This document shows positions 15,001 through 30,000 of a stretch of DNA of 64,000 bases, piece by piece. The DNA is from Eledone cirrhosa. Lineage: Eukaryota. A program made the position numbers and the translations under genes. The stretch lies in assembly GCA_964016885.1 (NCBI GenBank), contig OZ024741.1, positions 50,964,001 through 51,028,000 on the forward strand, written 5' to 3'. Below the pieces are notes generated by a model. It was given only the letters and a program-made list of their open reading frames with translations. It did not search any database and had not been told where the DNA came from. Numbering within the stretch: position 1 is the first letter of the stretch; each line of letters begins with the position of its first letter.

Positions 15001-18000
15001 ATGGTGGTGGATGGTGGTGTCTATGTATTGTGTGGTTATATTGGTGTAGAGAGAGTTGGCTGATGGTTCGATGGTGGTGGAGGGTGGTGTCTATGTATTG
15101 TGTGGTTATATTGGTGTAGAGTTGGCTGATGGTTCGATGGTGGTGGATGGTGGTGTCTATGTATTGTGTGGTTATATAGGTGTAGAGTTGGCTGATTGTT
15201 CGATGGTGTTGGACGGTGGTGTCTATGTATTGTGTGGTTATATTGGTGTAGAGAGAGTTGGCTGATGGTTCGATGGTGGACGATGGTGGTGTCTATGTAT
15301 TGTGTGGTTATATTGGTGTAGAGTTGGCTGATTGTTCGATGGTGGTGGACGGTGGTGTCTATGTATTGTGTGGTTATATTGGTGTAAAGAGAGTTGGCTG
15401 ATAGTTCGATGGTGGTGGAGGGTGGTGTCTATGTATTGTGTGGTTATATTGGTGTAAAGAGAGTTGGCTGATGGTTCGATGGTGGTGGATGGTGGTGTCT
15501 ATGTATTGTGTGGTTATATTGGTGTAGAGAGAGTTGGCTGATTGTTCGATGGTGGTGGAGGGTGGTGTCTATGTATTGTGTGGTTATATTGGTGTAGAGA
15601 GAGTTGGCTGATGGTTCGATGGTGGTGGAGAGTGGTGTCTATGTATTGTGTGGTTATATTGGTGTAGAGAGAGTTGGCTGATGGTTTGATGGTGGTGGAG
15701 GGTGGTGTCTATGTATTGTGTGGTTATATTGGTGTAGAGAGACTTGGCTGATGGTTCGATGGTGGTGGAGGGTGGTGTCTATGTATTGTGTGGTTATATT
15801 GGTGTAGAGAGAGTTGGCTGATGGTTTGATGGTGGTGGAGGGTGGTGTCTGTGTATTGTGTGGTTATATTGGTGTAGAGAGAGTTGGCTGATGGTTCGAT
15901 GGTGGTTGACGGTGGCGTCTGTGTATCGTGTGGTTATATTGGTGTAGAGAGAGTTGGCTGATGGTTCGATGGTGGTGGAGGGTAGTGTCTATGTATTGTG
16001 TGGTTATATTGGTGTAGAGAGAGTTGGTTGATGGTTCGATGGTGGTGGATGGTGGTGTCTATGTATTGTGTGGTTATATTGGTGTAGAGAGAGTTGGCTG
16101 ATGGTTCGATGGTGGTGGATGGTTGTGTCTATGTATTGTGTGGTTATATTGGTGTAGAGAGAGTTGGTTGATGTTTCGATGGTGGTGGAGGGTGGTGTCT
16201 ATGTATTATGTGGTTATATTGGTGTAGAGAGAGTTGGTTGATGGTTCGATGGTGGTGGATGGTGGTGTCTATGTATTGTGTGGTTATTTTGGTGTAGAGT
16301 TGGCTGATGGTTCGATGGTGGTGGAGGGTGGTGTCTATGCATTGTGTGGTTATATTGGTGTAGAGAGAGTTGGCTGATGGTTCGATGGTGGTGGACGGTG
16401 GTGTCTATGTATTGTGTGGTTATATTGGTGTAGAGAGAGTTGGCTGATGGTTCGATGGTGGTGGAGGGTGATGTCTATGTATTGTGTGGTTATATTGGTG
16501 TAGAGAGAGTTGGTTGATGGTTCGATGGTGGTGGACGGTGGTGTCTATGTATTCTGTGGTTATATTGGTGTAAAGTTGGCTGATGGTTCGATGGTGGTGG
16601 ACGGTGGTGTCTGTGTATTGTATGGTTATATTGGTGTAGAGAGAGTTGGCTGATGGTTCGATGGTGGTGGATGGTGGTGTCTATGTATTGTGTGGTTATA
16701 TTCGTGTAAAGTTGGCTGATGGTTCGATGGTGGTGGACGGTGGTGTCTGTGTATTGTGTGGTTATATTGGTGTAGAGAGAGTTGGCTGATGGTTCGATGG
16801 TGGTGGATGGTGGTGTCTATGTATTGTGTGGTTATATTGGTGTTGAGTTGGCTGATGGTTCGATGGTGGTGGATGGTGGTGTCTATGTATTGTGTGGTTA
16901 TATTGGCGTAAAGAGAGTTGGCTGATGGTTCGATGGTGGTGGAGGGTGGTGTCTATGTATTGTGTGGTTATATTGGTGTAAAGAGTGTTGGCTGATGGTT
17001 CGATGGTGGTGGATGTTGGTGTCTATGTATTGTGTGGTTATATTGGTGTAGAGAGAGTTGGTTGATGGTTCGATGGTGGTGGACGGTGGTGTCTATGTAT
17101 TGTGTGGTTATATTGGTGTAAAGAGAGTTGGTTGATGGTTCGATGGTGGTGGACGGTGGTGTCTATGTATTGTGTGGTTATATTGGTGTAGAGTTGGCTG
17201 ATGGTTCGATGGTGGTGGATGGTGGTGTCTATGTATTGTGTGGTTATAGTGGTGTAGAGAGACTTGGCTGATGGTTCGGAGGTGGTGGACGGTGGTGTCT
17301 GTGTATTGTGTGGTTATATTGGTGTAGAGAGAGTTGGCTGATGGTTCGATGGTGGTGGACGGTGGTGTCTATGTATTGTGTGGTTATATTGGTGTAGAGA
17401 GAGTTGGCTGATGGTTCGATGGTGGTGGATGGTGGTGTCTATGTATTGTGTGGTTATATTGGTGTAGAGAGACTTGGCTGATGGTTCGGAGGTGGTGGAC
17501 GGTGGTGTCTGTGTATTGTGTGGTTATATTGGTGTAGAGAGAGTTGGCTGATGGTTCGATGGTGGTGGACGGTGGTGTCTATGTATTGTGTGGTTATATT
17601 GGTGTAGAGAGAGTTGGCTGATGGTTCGATGGTGGTGGATGGTGGTGTCTATGTATTGTGTGGTTATATTGGTGTAGAGAGACTTGGCTGATGGTTCGGA
17701 GTTGGTGGACGGTGGTGTCTGTGTATTGTGTGGTTATATTGGTGTAGAGAGATGGCTGATGGTTCGATGGTGGTGGACGGTGGTGTCTATGTATTGTGTG
17801 GTTATATTGGTGTAGAGAGAGTTGGCTGATGGTTCGATAGTGGTGGACGGTGGTGTCTATGTATCGTGTGGTTATATTGGTGTAAAGAGAGTTGGTTGAT
17901 GGTTCGATGGTGGTGGACGGTGGTGTCTATGTATCGTGTGGTTATATTGGTGTAGAGAGAGTTGGCTGATGGTTCGATGGTGGTGGATGGTGGTGTCTAT

Positions 18001-21000
18001 GTATTGTGTGGTTATATTGGTGTTGAGAGAGTTGGTTGATGTTTCGATGGTGGTGGACGGTGGTGACTATGTATCGTGTGGTTATATTGGTGTAGATAGA
18101 GTTGGTTGATGGTTCGATGGTGGTGGATGGTGGTGTCTATGTATTGTGTGGTTATATTGGTGTAGATAGAGTTGGTTGATGGTTCGATTGTGGTGGACGG
18201 TGGTGTCTATGTATTGTGTGGTTATATTGTAGTAGAGCTAGCTGATGGTTCGATGGTGGTGGACGGTGGCGTCTATGTATCGTGTGGTTATATTGGTGTA
18301 GAGTTGGCTGATGGTTCAATGGTGATGGACGGTGGTGTCTATGTATCGTGTGGTTATATTGGTGTAGAGAGAGTTGGCTGATGGTTCGATGGTGGTGGAC
18401 GGTGGTGTCTATGTATTGTGTGGTTATATTGGTGTAGAGTTGGCTGATTGTTCGATGGTGGTGGACGGTGGTGTCTATGTATTGTGTGGTTATATTGGTG
18501 TAAAGAGAGTTGGCTGATAGTTCGATGGTGGTGGAGGGTGGTGTCTACGTATCGTGTGGTTATATTGGTGTAGAGTGAGTTGGCTGATGGTTCGATGGTG
18601 GTGGATGGTGGTGTCTATGTATTGTGTGGTTATATTGGTGTAGATAGAGTTGGTTGATGGTTCGACGGTGGGGGACGGTGGTGTCTATGTATTTTGTGGT
18701 TATATTGGTGTAGATAGGGTTGGTTGATGGTTCGATTGTGGTGGACGGTGGTGTCTATGTATCGTGTGGTTATATTGGTGTAGAGTTGGCTGATGGTTCA
18801 ATGGTGGTGGACGGTGGTGTCTATGTATCGTGTGGTTATATTGGTGTAGAGAGAGTTGGCTGATGGTTCGATGGTGGTGGACGGTTGTGTCTATGTATTG
18901 TGTGGTTATATAGGTGTAGAGTTGGCTGATTGTTCGATGGTGTTGGACGGTGGTGTCTATGTATTGTGTGGTTATATTGGTGTAAAGAGAGTTGGCTGAT
19001 AGTTCGATGGTGGTGGAGGGTGGTGTCTATGTATTGTGTGGTTATATTGGTGTAAAGAGAGTTGGCTGATGGTTCGACGGTGGTGGATGGTGGTGTCTAT
19101 GTATCGTGTGGTTATATTGGTGTAGAGTTGGCTGATTGTTCGATGGTGGTGGACGGTGGTGTCTATGTATTGTGTGGTTATATTGGTGTAAAGAGAGTTG
19201 GCTGATAGTTCGATGGTGGTGGAGGGTGGTGTCTATGTATTGTGTGGTTATATTGGTGTAAAGAGAGTTGGCTGATGGTTCGATGGTGGTGGATGGTGGT
19301 GTCTATGTATTGTGTGGTTATATTGGTGTAGAGAGAGTTGGCTGATGGTTCGATGGTGGTGGAGGGTGGTGTCTATGTATTGTGTGGTTATATTGGTGTA
19401 GAGTTGGCTGATGGTTCGATGGTGGTGGATGGTGGTGTCTATGTATTGTGTGGTTATATAGGTGTAGAGTTGGCTGATTGTTCGATGGTGTTGGACGGTG
19501 GTGTCTATGTATTGTATGGTTATATTGGTGTAGAGAGAGTTGGCTGATGGTTCGATGGTGGACGATGGTGGTGTCTATGTATTGTGTGGTTATATTGGTG
19601 TAGAGTTGGCTGATTGTTCGATGGTGGTGGACGGTGGTGTCTATGTATTGTGTGGTTATATTGGTGTAAAGAGAGTTGGCTGATAGTTCGATGGTGGTGG
19701 AGGGTGGTGTCTATGTATTGTGTGGTTATATTGGTGTAAAGAGAGTTGGCTGATGGTTCGATGGTGGTGGATGGTGGTGTCTATGTATTGTGAGGTTATA
19801 TTGGTGTAGAGAGAGTTGGCTGATGGTTCGATGGTGGTGGAGGGTGGTGTCTATGTATTGTGTGGTTATATTGGTGTAGAGTTGGCTGATGGTTCGATGG
19901 TGGTGGACGGTGGTGTCTATGTATTGTGTGGTTATATTGGTGTAGAGAGAGTTGGCTGATGGTTCGATGGTGGTGGAGGGTGGTGTCTATGTAATGTGTG
20001 GTTATATTGGTGTAGAGTTGGCTGGTGGTTCGATGGTGGTGGACGATGGTGTCTATGTATTGTGTGGTTATATTGGTGTAGCGAGAGTTGGTTGATGGTT
20101 CGATGGTGGTGGACGGTGGTGTCTATGTATGGTGTGGTTATATTGGTGTAAAGAGAGTTGGCTGATGGTTCGATGGTGGTGGAGGGTGGTGTCTATGTAT
20201 TGTGTGGTTATATTGGTGTAAAGAGTGTTGGCTGATGGTTCGATGGTGGTGGATGGTGGTGTCTATGTATTGTGTGGTTATATCGGTGTAGAGTTGGCTG
20301 ATGGTTCGATGGTGGTGGATGGTGGTGTCTATGTATTGTGTGGTTATATTGGTGTAGAGTTGGCTGATGGTTCGATGGTGGTGGACGGTGGTGTCTATGT
20401 ATTGTGTGGTTATATTGGTGTAGAGAGAGTTGGCTGATGGTTCGATGGTGGTGGACGGTGGTGTCTATGTATTGTGTGGTTATATTGGTGTAAAGAGTGT
20501 TGGCTGATGGTTCGATGATGGTGGATGGTGGTGTCTATGTATCGTGTGGTTATATTGGTGTAGAGTTGGCTGATGGTTCGATGGTGGTGGACGGTGGTGT
20601 CTATGTATTGTGTGGTTATATTGGTGTAGAGAGAGTTGGCTGATGGTTCGATGGTGGTGGACGGTGGTGTCTGTGTATTGTGTGGTTATATTGGTGTAAA
20701 GAGAGTTGGCTGATGGTTCGATGGTTGTGGAGGGTGGTGTCTATGTATTGTGTGGTTATATTAGTGTAGAGTTGGCTGATGGTTCGATGGTGGTGGACGG
20801 TGGTGTCTACGTATTGTGTGGTTATATTGGTGTAGAGTTGGCTGATGGTTCGATGGTGGTGGACGGTGGTGTCTATGTATTGTGTGGTTATATTGGTGTA
20901 GAGAGAGTTGGCTGATGGTTCGATGGTTGTGGAGGGTGGTGTCTATGTATTGTGTGGTTATATTGGTGTAAAGAGAGTTGGTTGATGGTTCGATGGTGGT

Positions 21001-24000
21001 GGACGGTGGTGTCTAAGTATTGTGTGGTTATATTGGTGTAAAGAGAGTTGGCTGATGGTTCGATGGTGGTGGACGGTGGTGTCTATGTATTGTGTGGTTA
21101 TAGTGGTGTAGAGTTGGCTGATGGTTCGATGGTGGTGGAGGGTGGTGTCTGTGTATTGTGTGGTTATATTGGTGTAGAGTTGGCTGATGGTTCGATGGTG
21201 GGGGATGGTGGTGTTTATGTATCGTATGGTTATATTGGTGTAGAGAGAGTTGGCTGATGGTTCGATGGTGGTGGATGGTGGTGTCTATGTATCGTGTGGT
21301 TATATTGGTGTAGAGTGAGTTGGCTGATGGTTCGACGGTGGTGGACGGTGGTGGCTATGTATCGTGTGGTTATATTGGTGTAAAGAGAGTTGGCTGATGG
21401 TTCAATGGTGGTGGACGGTGGTGTCTATGTATTGTGTGGTTATATTGTTGTAGAGTGGGCTGATGGTTCGATGGTGGTGGATGGTGGTGTCTATGTATTG
21501 TGTGGTTATATTGTTGTAGAGTTGGCTGATGGTTCGATGGTGGTGGACGGTGGTGTCTATGTATTGTGTGGTTATATTGGTGTAGAGCTGGCTGATGGTT
21601 CGATGGTGGTGGACGGTGGTGTCTATGTATTGTGTGGTTATATTGGTGTAGAGTTGGCTGATGGTTCGATGGTGGTGGATGGTGGTGTCTATGTATTGTG
21701 TGGTTATATTGGTGTAGAGAGAGTTGGTTGATGGTTCGATGGTGGTGGATGGTGGTGTCTATGTATTGTGTGGTTATATTGGTGTAAAGAGAGTTGGCTG
21801 ATGGTTCGATGGTGGTGGATGGTGGTGTCTATGTATTGTGTGGTTATATTGGTGTAGAGAGAGTTGGCTGATGGTTCGATGGTGGTGGAGGGTGGTGTCT
21901 ATGTATTGTGTGGTTATATTGGTGTAAAGAGAGTTGGCTGATGGTTCGATGGTGGTGGATGGTGGTGTCTATGTATTGTGTGGTTATATTGGTGTAGAGA
22001 GAGTTGGCTGATGGTTCGATGGTGGTGGACGGTGGTGTCTATGTATTGTGTGGTTATATTGGTGTAGAGTTGGCTGATGGTTCGATGGTGGTGGACGGTG
22101 GTGTCTATGTATTGTGTGGTTATATTGATGTAAAGAGAGTTGGCTGATAGTTCGATGGTTGTGGACGGTGGTGTCTATGTATTGTGTGGTTATATTGGTG
22201 TAAAGAGAGTTGGCTGATGGTTTGATGGTGGTGGATGGTGGTGTCTATGTATTGTGTGGTTATATTGGTGTAGAGAGAGTTGGTTGATGGTTCGATGGTG
22301 GTGGAGGGTGGTGTCTATGTATTGTGTGGTTATATTGGTGTAGAGAGAGTTGGCTGATGGTTCGATGGTGGTGGAGGGTGGTGTCTATGTATTGTGTGGT
22401 TATATTGGTGTAGAGTTGGCTGGTGGTTCGATGGTGGTGGACGATGGTGTCTATGTATTGTGTGGTTATATTGATGTAAAGAGAGTTGGCTGATAGTTCG
22501 ATGGTGGTGGACGGTGGTGTCTATGTATTGTGTGGTTATATTGGTGTAAAGAGAGTTGGCTGATAGTTTGATGGTGGTGGATGGTGGTGTCTATGTATTG
22601 TGTGGTTATATTGGTGTAGAGAGAGTTGGTTGATGGTTCGATGGTGGTGGAGGGTGGTGTCTATGTATTGTGTGGTTATATTGGTGTAGAGAGAGTTGGC
22701 TGATGGTTCGATGGTGGTGGAGGATGGTGTCTATGTATTGTGTGGTTATATTGGTGTAGAGTTGGCTGGTGGTTCGATGGTGGTGGACGATGGTGTCTAT
22801 GTATTGTGTGGTTATATTGGTGTAGCGAGAGTTGGTTGATGGTTCGATGGTGGTGGACGGTGGTGTCTATGTATGGTGTGGTTATATTGGTGTAAAGAGA
22901 GTTGGCTGATGGTTCGATGGTGGTGGAGGGTGGTGTCTATGTATTGTGTGGTTATATTGGTGTAAAGAGTGTTGGCTGATGGTTCGATGTTGGTGGATGG
23001 TGGTGTCTATGTATTGTGTGGTTATATCGGTGTAGAGAGAGTTGGTTGATGGTTCGATGGTGGTGGACGGTGGTGTCTGTGTATTGTGTGGTTATATTGG
23101 TGTAAAGTTGGCTGATGGTTCGATGGTGGTGGATGGTGGTGTCTATGTATTGTGTGGTTATATTGGTGTAGAGTTGGCTGATGGTTCGATGGTGGTGGAC
23201 GGTGGTGTCTATGTATTGTGTGGTTATATTGGTGTAGAGAGAGTTGGCTGATGGTTCGATGGTGGTGGACGGTGGTGTCTATGTATTGTGTGGTTATATT
23301 GGTGTAGAGAGATGGCTGATGGTTCGATGGTGGTGGACGGTGGTGTCTATGTATTGTGTGGTTATATTGGTGTAGAGAGAGTTGGCTGATGGTTCGATGG
23401 TGGTGGTCGGTGGTGTCTATGTATCGTGTGGTTATATTGGTGTAAAGAGAGTTGGTTGATGGTTCGATGGTGGTGGACGGTGGTGTCTATGTATCGTGTG
23501 GTTATATTGGTGTAGAGAGAGTTGGTTGATGGTTCGATGGTGGTGGACGGTGGTGTCTATGTATTGTGTGGTTATATTGGTGTAAAGAGTGTTGGCTGAT
23601 GGTTCGATGATGGTGGATGGTGGTGTCTATGTATCGTGTGGTTATATTGGTGTAGAGTTGGCTGATGGTTCGATGGTGGTGGACGGTGGTGTCTATGTAT
23701 TGTGTGGTTATATTGGTGTAGAGAGAGTTGGCTGATGGTTCGATGGTGGTGGACGGTGGTGTCTGTGTATTGTGTGGTTATATTGGTGTAAAGAGAGTTG
23801 GCTGATGGTTCGATGGTTGTGGAGGGTGGTGTCTATGTATTGTGTGGTTATATTAGTGTAGAGTTTGCTGATGGTTCGATGGTGGTGGACGGTGGTGTCT
23901 GTGTATTGTGTGGTTATATTGGTGTAGAGTTGGCTGATGGTTCGATGGTGGGGGATGGTGGTGTCTATGTATCGTATGGTTATATTGGTGTAGAGAGAGT

Positions 24001-27000
24001 TGGCTGATGGTTCGATGGTGGTGGATGGTGGTGTCTATGTATCGTGTGGTTATATTGGTGTAGAGTGAGTTGGCTGATGGTTCGATGGTGGTGGAGGGTG
24101 GTGTCTATGTATTGTGTGGTTATATTGGTGTAAAGAGAGTTGGCTGATGGTTCGATGGTGGTGGATGGTGGTGTCTATGTATTGTGTGGTTATATTGTTG
24201 TAGAGTTGGCTGATGGTTCGATGGTGGTGGACGGTGGTGTCTATGTATTGTGTGGTTATATTGGTGTAGAGAGAGTTGGCTGATGGTTCGATGGTGGTGG
24301 ATGGTGGTGGCTATGTATCGTGTGGTTATATTGGTGTAAAGAGAGTTGGCTGATGGTTCGATGGTGGTGGAGGGTGGTGTCTATGTATTGTGTGGTTATA
24401 TTGTTGTAGAGTGGGCTGATGGTTCGATGGTGGTGGATGGTGGTGTCTATGTATTGTGTGGTTATATTGTTGTAGAGTTGGCTGATGGTTCGATGGTGGT
24501 GGACGGTGGTGTCTATGTATTGTGTGGTTATATTGTTGTAGAGTGGGCTGATGGTTCGATGGTGGTGGAGGGTGGTGTCTATGTATTGTGTGGTTATATT
24601 GTTGTAGAGTTGGCTGATGGTTCGATGGTGGTGGACGGTGGTGTCTATGTATTGTGTGGTTATATTGGTGTAGAGTTGGCTGATGGTTCGATGGTGTTGG
24701 ACGGTGGTGTCTATGTATTGTGTGGTTATATTGGTGTAGAGTTGGCTGATGGTTCGATGGTGGTGGATGGTGGTGTCTATGTATTGTGTGGTTATATTGG
24801 TGTAGAGAGAGTTGGTTGATGGTTCGATGGTGGTGGATGGTGGTGTCTATGTATTGTGTGGTTATATTGGTGTAGAGAGATTTGGCTGATGGTTCGATGG
24901 TGGTGGATGGTGGTGTCTATGTATTGTGTGGTTATATTGGTGTAGAGTGAGTTGGCTGATGGTTCGATGGTGGTGGACGGTGGTGTCTATGTATTGTGTG
25001 GTTATATTGTTGTAGAGTTGGCTGATGGTTCGATGGTGGTGGACGGTGGTGTCTATGTATTGTGTGGTTATATTGGTGTAGAGTTGGCTGATGGTTCGAT
25101 GGTGGTGGATGGTGGTGTCTATGTATTGTGTGGTTATATTGGTGTAGAGAGAGTTGGTTGATGGTTCGATGGTGGTGGATGGTGGTGTCTGTGTATTGTG
25201 TGGTTATATTGGTGTAGAGAGAGTTGGCTGATGGTTCGATGGTGGTGGATGGTGGTGTCTATGTATTGTGTGGTTATATTGGTGTAGAGAGAGTTGGCTG
25301 ATGGTTCGATGGTGGTGGACGGTGGTGTCTATGTATCGTGTGGTTATATTGGTGTAGAGAGAGTTGGCTGATGGTTCGATGGTGGTGGACGGTGGTGTCT
25401 GTGTATTGTGTGGTTATATTGGTGTAGAGAGAGTTGGTTGATGGTTCGATGGTGGGGGACGGTGGCGTCTATGTATTGTGTGGTTATATTGGTGTAGAGA
25501 GAGTTGGCTGATGGTTCGATGGTGGTGGATGGTGGTGTCTATGTATTGTGTGGTTATATTGGTGTAGAGAGAGTTGGCTGATGGTTCGATGGTGGTGGAT
25601 GGTGGTGTCTATGTATTGTGTGGTTATATTGGTGTAAAGAGAGTTGGTTGATGGTTCGATGGTGGTGGAGGGTGGTGTCTATGTATTGTGTGGTTATATT
25701 GGTGTAAAGAGAGTTGGCTGATGGTTCGATGGTGGTGGATGATGGTGTCTATGTATTGTGTGGTTATATTGGTGTAAAGAGAGTTGGTTGATGGTTCGAT
25801 GGTGGTGGACGGTGGTGTCTATGTATTGTGTGGTTATATTGGTGTAAAGAGAGTTGGCTGATGGTTCGATGGTGGTGGATGGTGGTGTCTATGTATTGTG
25901 TGGTTATATTGGTGTAGAGAGAGTTGGTTGATGGTTCGATGGTGGTGGATGGTGGTGTCTATGTATTGTGTGGTTATATTGGTGTAAAGAGAGTTGGCTG
26001 ATGGTTCGATGGTGGTGGATGGTTGTGTCTATGTATTGTGTGGTTATATTGGTGTAGAGAGAGTTGGTTGATGGTTCGATGGTGGTGGATGGTGGTGTCT
26101 ATGTATTGTGTGGTTATATTGGTGTAAAGAGAGTTGGCTGATGGTTCGATGGTGGTGGAGGGTGGTGTCTATGTATGGTGTGGTTATATTGGTGTAGAGA
26201 GAGTTGGTTGATGGTTCGATGGTGGTAGATGGTGGTGTCTATGTATTGTGTGGTTATATTGGTGTAAAGAGAGTTGGCTGATGGTTCGATGGTGGTGGAT
26301 GGTGGTGTCTATGTATTGTGTGGTTATATTCGTGTAAAGTTGGCTGATGGTTCGATGGTGGTGGACGGTGGTGTCTGTGTATTGTGTGGTTATATTGGTG
26401 TAGAGAGAGTTGGCTGATGGTTCGATGGCGGTGGATGGTGGTGTCTATGTATTGTGTGGTTATATTGGTGTTGAGTTGGCTGATGGTTCGATGGTCGTGG
26501 ATGGTGGTGTCTATGTATTGTGTGGTTATATTGGTGTAGAGAGAGTTGGTTGATGGTTCGATTGTGGTGGACGGTGGTGTCTATGTATTGTGTGGTTATA
26601 TTGGTGTAGAGAGAGTTTGGCTGATGGTTCGATGGTGGTGGAGGGTGGTGTCTATGTATTGTGTGGTTATATTGGCGTAAAGAGAGTTGGCTGATGGTTC
26701 GATGGTGGTGGAGTGTGGTGTCTATGTATTGTGTAGTTATATTGGTGTAAAGAGTGTTGGCTGATGGTTCGATGGTGGTGGATGGTGGTGTCTATGTATT
26801 GTGTGGTTATATTGGTGTAAAGAGAGTTGGTTGATGGTTCGATGGTGGTGGACGGTGGTGTCTATGTATTGTGTGGTTATATTGGTGTAGAGTTGGCTGA
26901 TGGTTCGATGGTGGTGGATGGTGGTGTCTATGTATTGTGTGGTTATATTGGTGTAGAGAGACTTGGCTGATGGTTCGGAGGTGGTGGACGGTGGTGTCTG

Positions 27001-30000
27001 TGTATTGTGTGGTTATATTGGTGTAGAGAGAGTTGGCTGATGGTTCGATGGTGGTGGACGGTGGTGTCTATGTATTGTGTGGTTATATTGGTGTAGAGAG
27101 AGTCGGCTGATGGTTCGATGGTGGTGGATGGTGGTGTCTATGTATCGTGTGGTTATATTGGTGTAGAGAGAGTTGGCTGATGGTTCGATGGTGGTTGACG
27201 GTGGTGTCTATGTATCGTGTGGTTATATTGGTGTAGAGAGAGTTGGCTGATGGTTCGATGGTGGTGGACGGTGGTGTCTATGTATTGTGTGGTTATATTG
27301 GTGTAGAGAGAGTTGGTTGATCGTTCGATGGTGGTGGACGGTGGTGTCTATGTATCGTGTGGTTATATTGGTGTAGAGAGATGGCTGATGGTTCGATGGT
27401 GGTGGACGGTGGGGTCTATGTATCGTGTGGTTATATTGGTGTAAAGAGAGTTGGTTGATGGTTCGATGGTGGTGGACGGTGGGGTCTATGTATAGTGTGG
27501 TTATATTGGTGTAGAGAGAGTTGGCTGATGGTTCGATGGTGGTGGACGGTTGTGTCTATGTATTGTGTGGTTATATAGGTGTAGAGTTGGCTGATGGTTC
27601 GATGGTGGTGGACGGTGGTGTCTATGTATTGTGTGGTTATATTGGTGTAGAGTTGGCTGATGGTTCAATGGTGGTGGACGGTGGTGTCTATGTATCGTGT
27701 GGTTATATTGGTGTAAAGAGAGTTGGCTGATAGTTCGATGGTGGTGGAGGGTGGTGTCTATGTATTGTGTGGTTATATTGGTGTAAAGAGAGTTGGCTGA
27801 TGGTGCGATGGTGGTGGACGGTTGTGTCTATGTATTGTGTGGTTATATAGGTGTAGAGTTGGCTGATGGTTCGATGGTGGTGGACGGTGGTGTCTATGTA
27901 TTGTGTGGTTATATTGGTGTAAAGAGAGTTGGCTGATGGTTCGATGGTGGTGGATGGTGGTGTCTATGTATTGTGTGGTTATATTGGTGTAGAGAGAGTT
28001 GGCTGATGGTTCGATGGTGGTGGAGGGTGGTGTCTATGTATTGTGTGGTTATATTGGTGTAGAGTTGGCTGATGGTTCGATGGTGGTGGACGGTGGTGTC
28101 TATGTATTGTGTGGTTATATTGATGTAAAGAGAGTTGGCTGATAGTTCGATGGTGGTGGACGGTGGTGTCTATGTATTGTGTGGTTATATTGATGTAAAG
28201 AGAGTTGGCTGATGGTTCGATGGTGGTGGATGGTGGTGTCTATGTATTGTGTGGTTATATTGGTGTAGAGAGAGTTGGCTGATGGTTCGATGGTGGTGGA
28301 TGGTTGTGTCTATGTATTGTGTGGTTATATTGGTGTAGAGTTGGCTGGTGGTTCGATGATGGTGGACGGTGGTGTCTATGTATTGTGTGGTTATATTGGT
28401 GTAGCGAGAGTTGGTTGATGGTTCGATGGTGGTGGACGGTGGTGTCTATGTATTGTGTGGTTATATTGGTGTAAAGAGAGTTGGCTGATGGTTCGATGGT
28501 GGTGGACGGTGGTGTCTATGTATTGTGTGCTTATATTGGTGTAGAGAGAGTTGGCTGATGGTTCGATGGTGGTGGGAGGTGGTGTCTATGTATTGTGTGG
28601 TTATATTGGTGTAGAGAGAGTTGGCTGATGGTTCGATGGTGGTGGATGGTGGTGTCTATGTATTGTGTGGTTATATTGGTGTAGATAGTGTTTGGCTGAT
28701 GGTTCGATGGTGGTGGACGGTGGTGTCTATGTATTGTGTGGTTATATTGGTGTAGAGAGAGTTTGGCTGATGGTTCGATGGTGGTGGACGGTGGTGTCTA
28801 TGTATTGTGTGGTTATATTGGTGTAGAGAGAGTTGGTTGATGGTTCGATGGTGGTGGACGGTGGTGTCTATATATTGTGTGGTTATATTGGTGTAGAGAG
28901 ATGGCTGATGGTTCGATGGTGGTGGACGGTGGTGTCTCTGTATTGTGTGGTTATATTGGTGTAGAGAGAGTTGGCTGATGGTTCGATGGTGGTGGACGGT
29001 GGTGTCTATGTATCGTGTGGTTATATTGGTGTAAAGAGAGTTGGTTGATGGTTCGATGGTGGTGGACGGTGGTGTCTATGTATCGTGTGGTTATATTGGT
29101 GTAGAGAGAGTTGGCTGATGGTTCGATGGTGGTGGATGGTGGTGTCTATGTATTGTGTGGTTATATTGGTGTAGATAGAGTTGGTTGATGTTTCGATGGT
29201 GGGGGACAGTGGTGTCTATGTATCGTGTGGTTATATTGGTGTAGAGTTGGCTGATGGTTCAATGGTGGTGGACGGTGGTGTCTATGTATCGTGTGGTTAT
29301 ATTGGTGTAGAGAGAGCTGGCTGATGGTTCGATGGTGGTGGACGGTTGTGTCTATGTATTGTGTGGTTATATTGGTGTAGAGAGAGTTGGCTGATGGTTC
29401 GATGGTGGTGGACGGTGGTGTCTATGTATTGTGTGGTTATATAGGTGTAGAGTTGGCTGATTGTTCGATGGTGTTGGACGGTGGTGTCTATGTATTGTGT
29501 GGTTATATTGGTGTAGAGTTGGCTGATGGTTCGATGGTGGTGGACGGTGGTGTCTATGTATTGTGTGGTTATATTGGTGTAGAGTTGGCTGATTGTTCGA
29601 TGGTGGTGGACGGTGGTGTCTATGTATTGTGTGGTTATATTGGTGTAAAGAGAGTTGGCTGATAGTTCGATGGTGGTGGACGGTGGTGTCTATGTATTGT
29701 GTGGTTATATTGGTGTAGAGAGAGTTGGCTGATGGTTCGATGGTGGTGGATGGTGGTGTCTATGTATTGTGTGGTTCTATTGGTGTAGAGAGAGTTGGCT
29801 GATGGTTCGATGGTGGTGGATGGTGGTGTCTATGTATTGTGTGGTTATATTGATGTAAAGAGAGATGGCTGATGGTTCGATGGTGGTGGAGGGTGGTGTC
29901 TATGTATTGTGTGGTTATATTGGTGTAAAGAGAGTTGGCTGATGGTTCGATGGTGGTGGATGGTGGTGTCTATGTATTGTGTGGTTATATTGGTGTAGAG

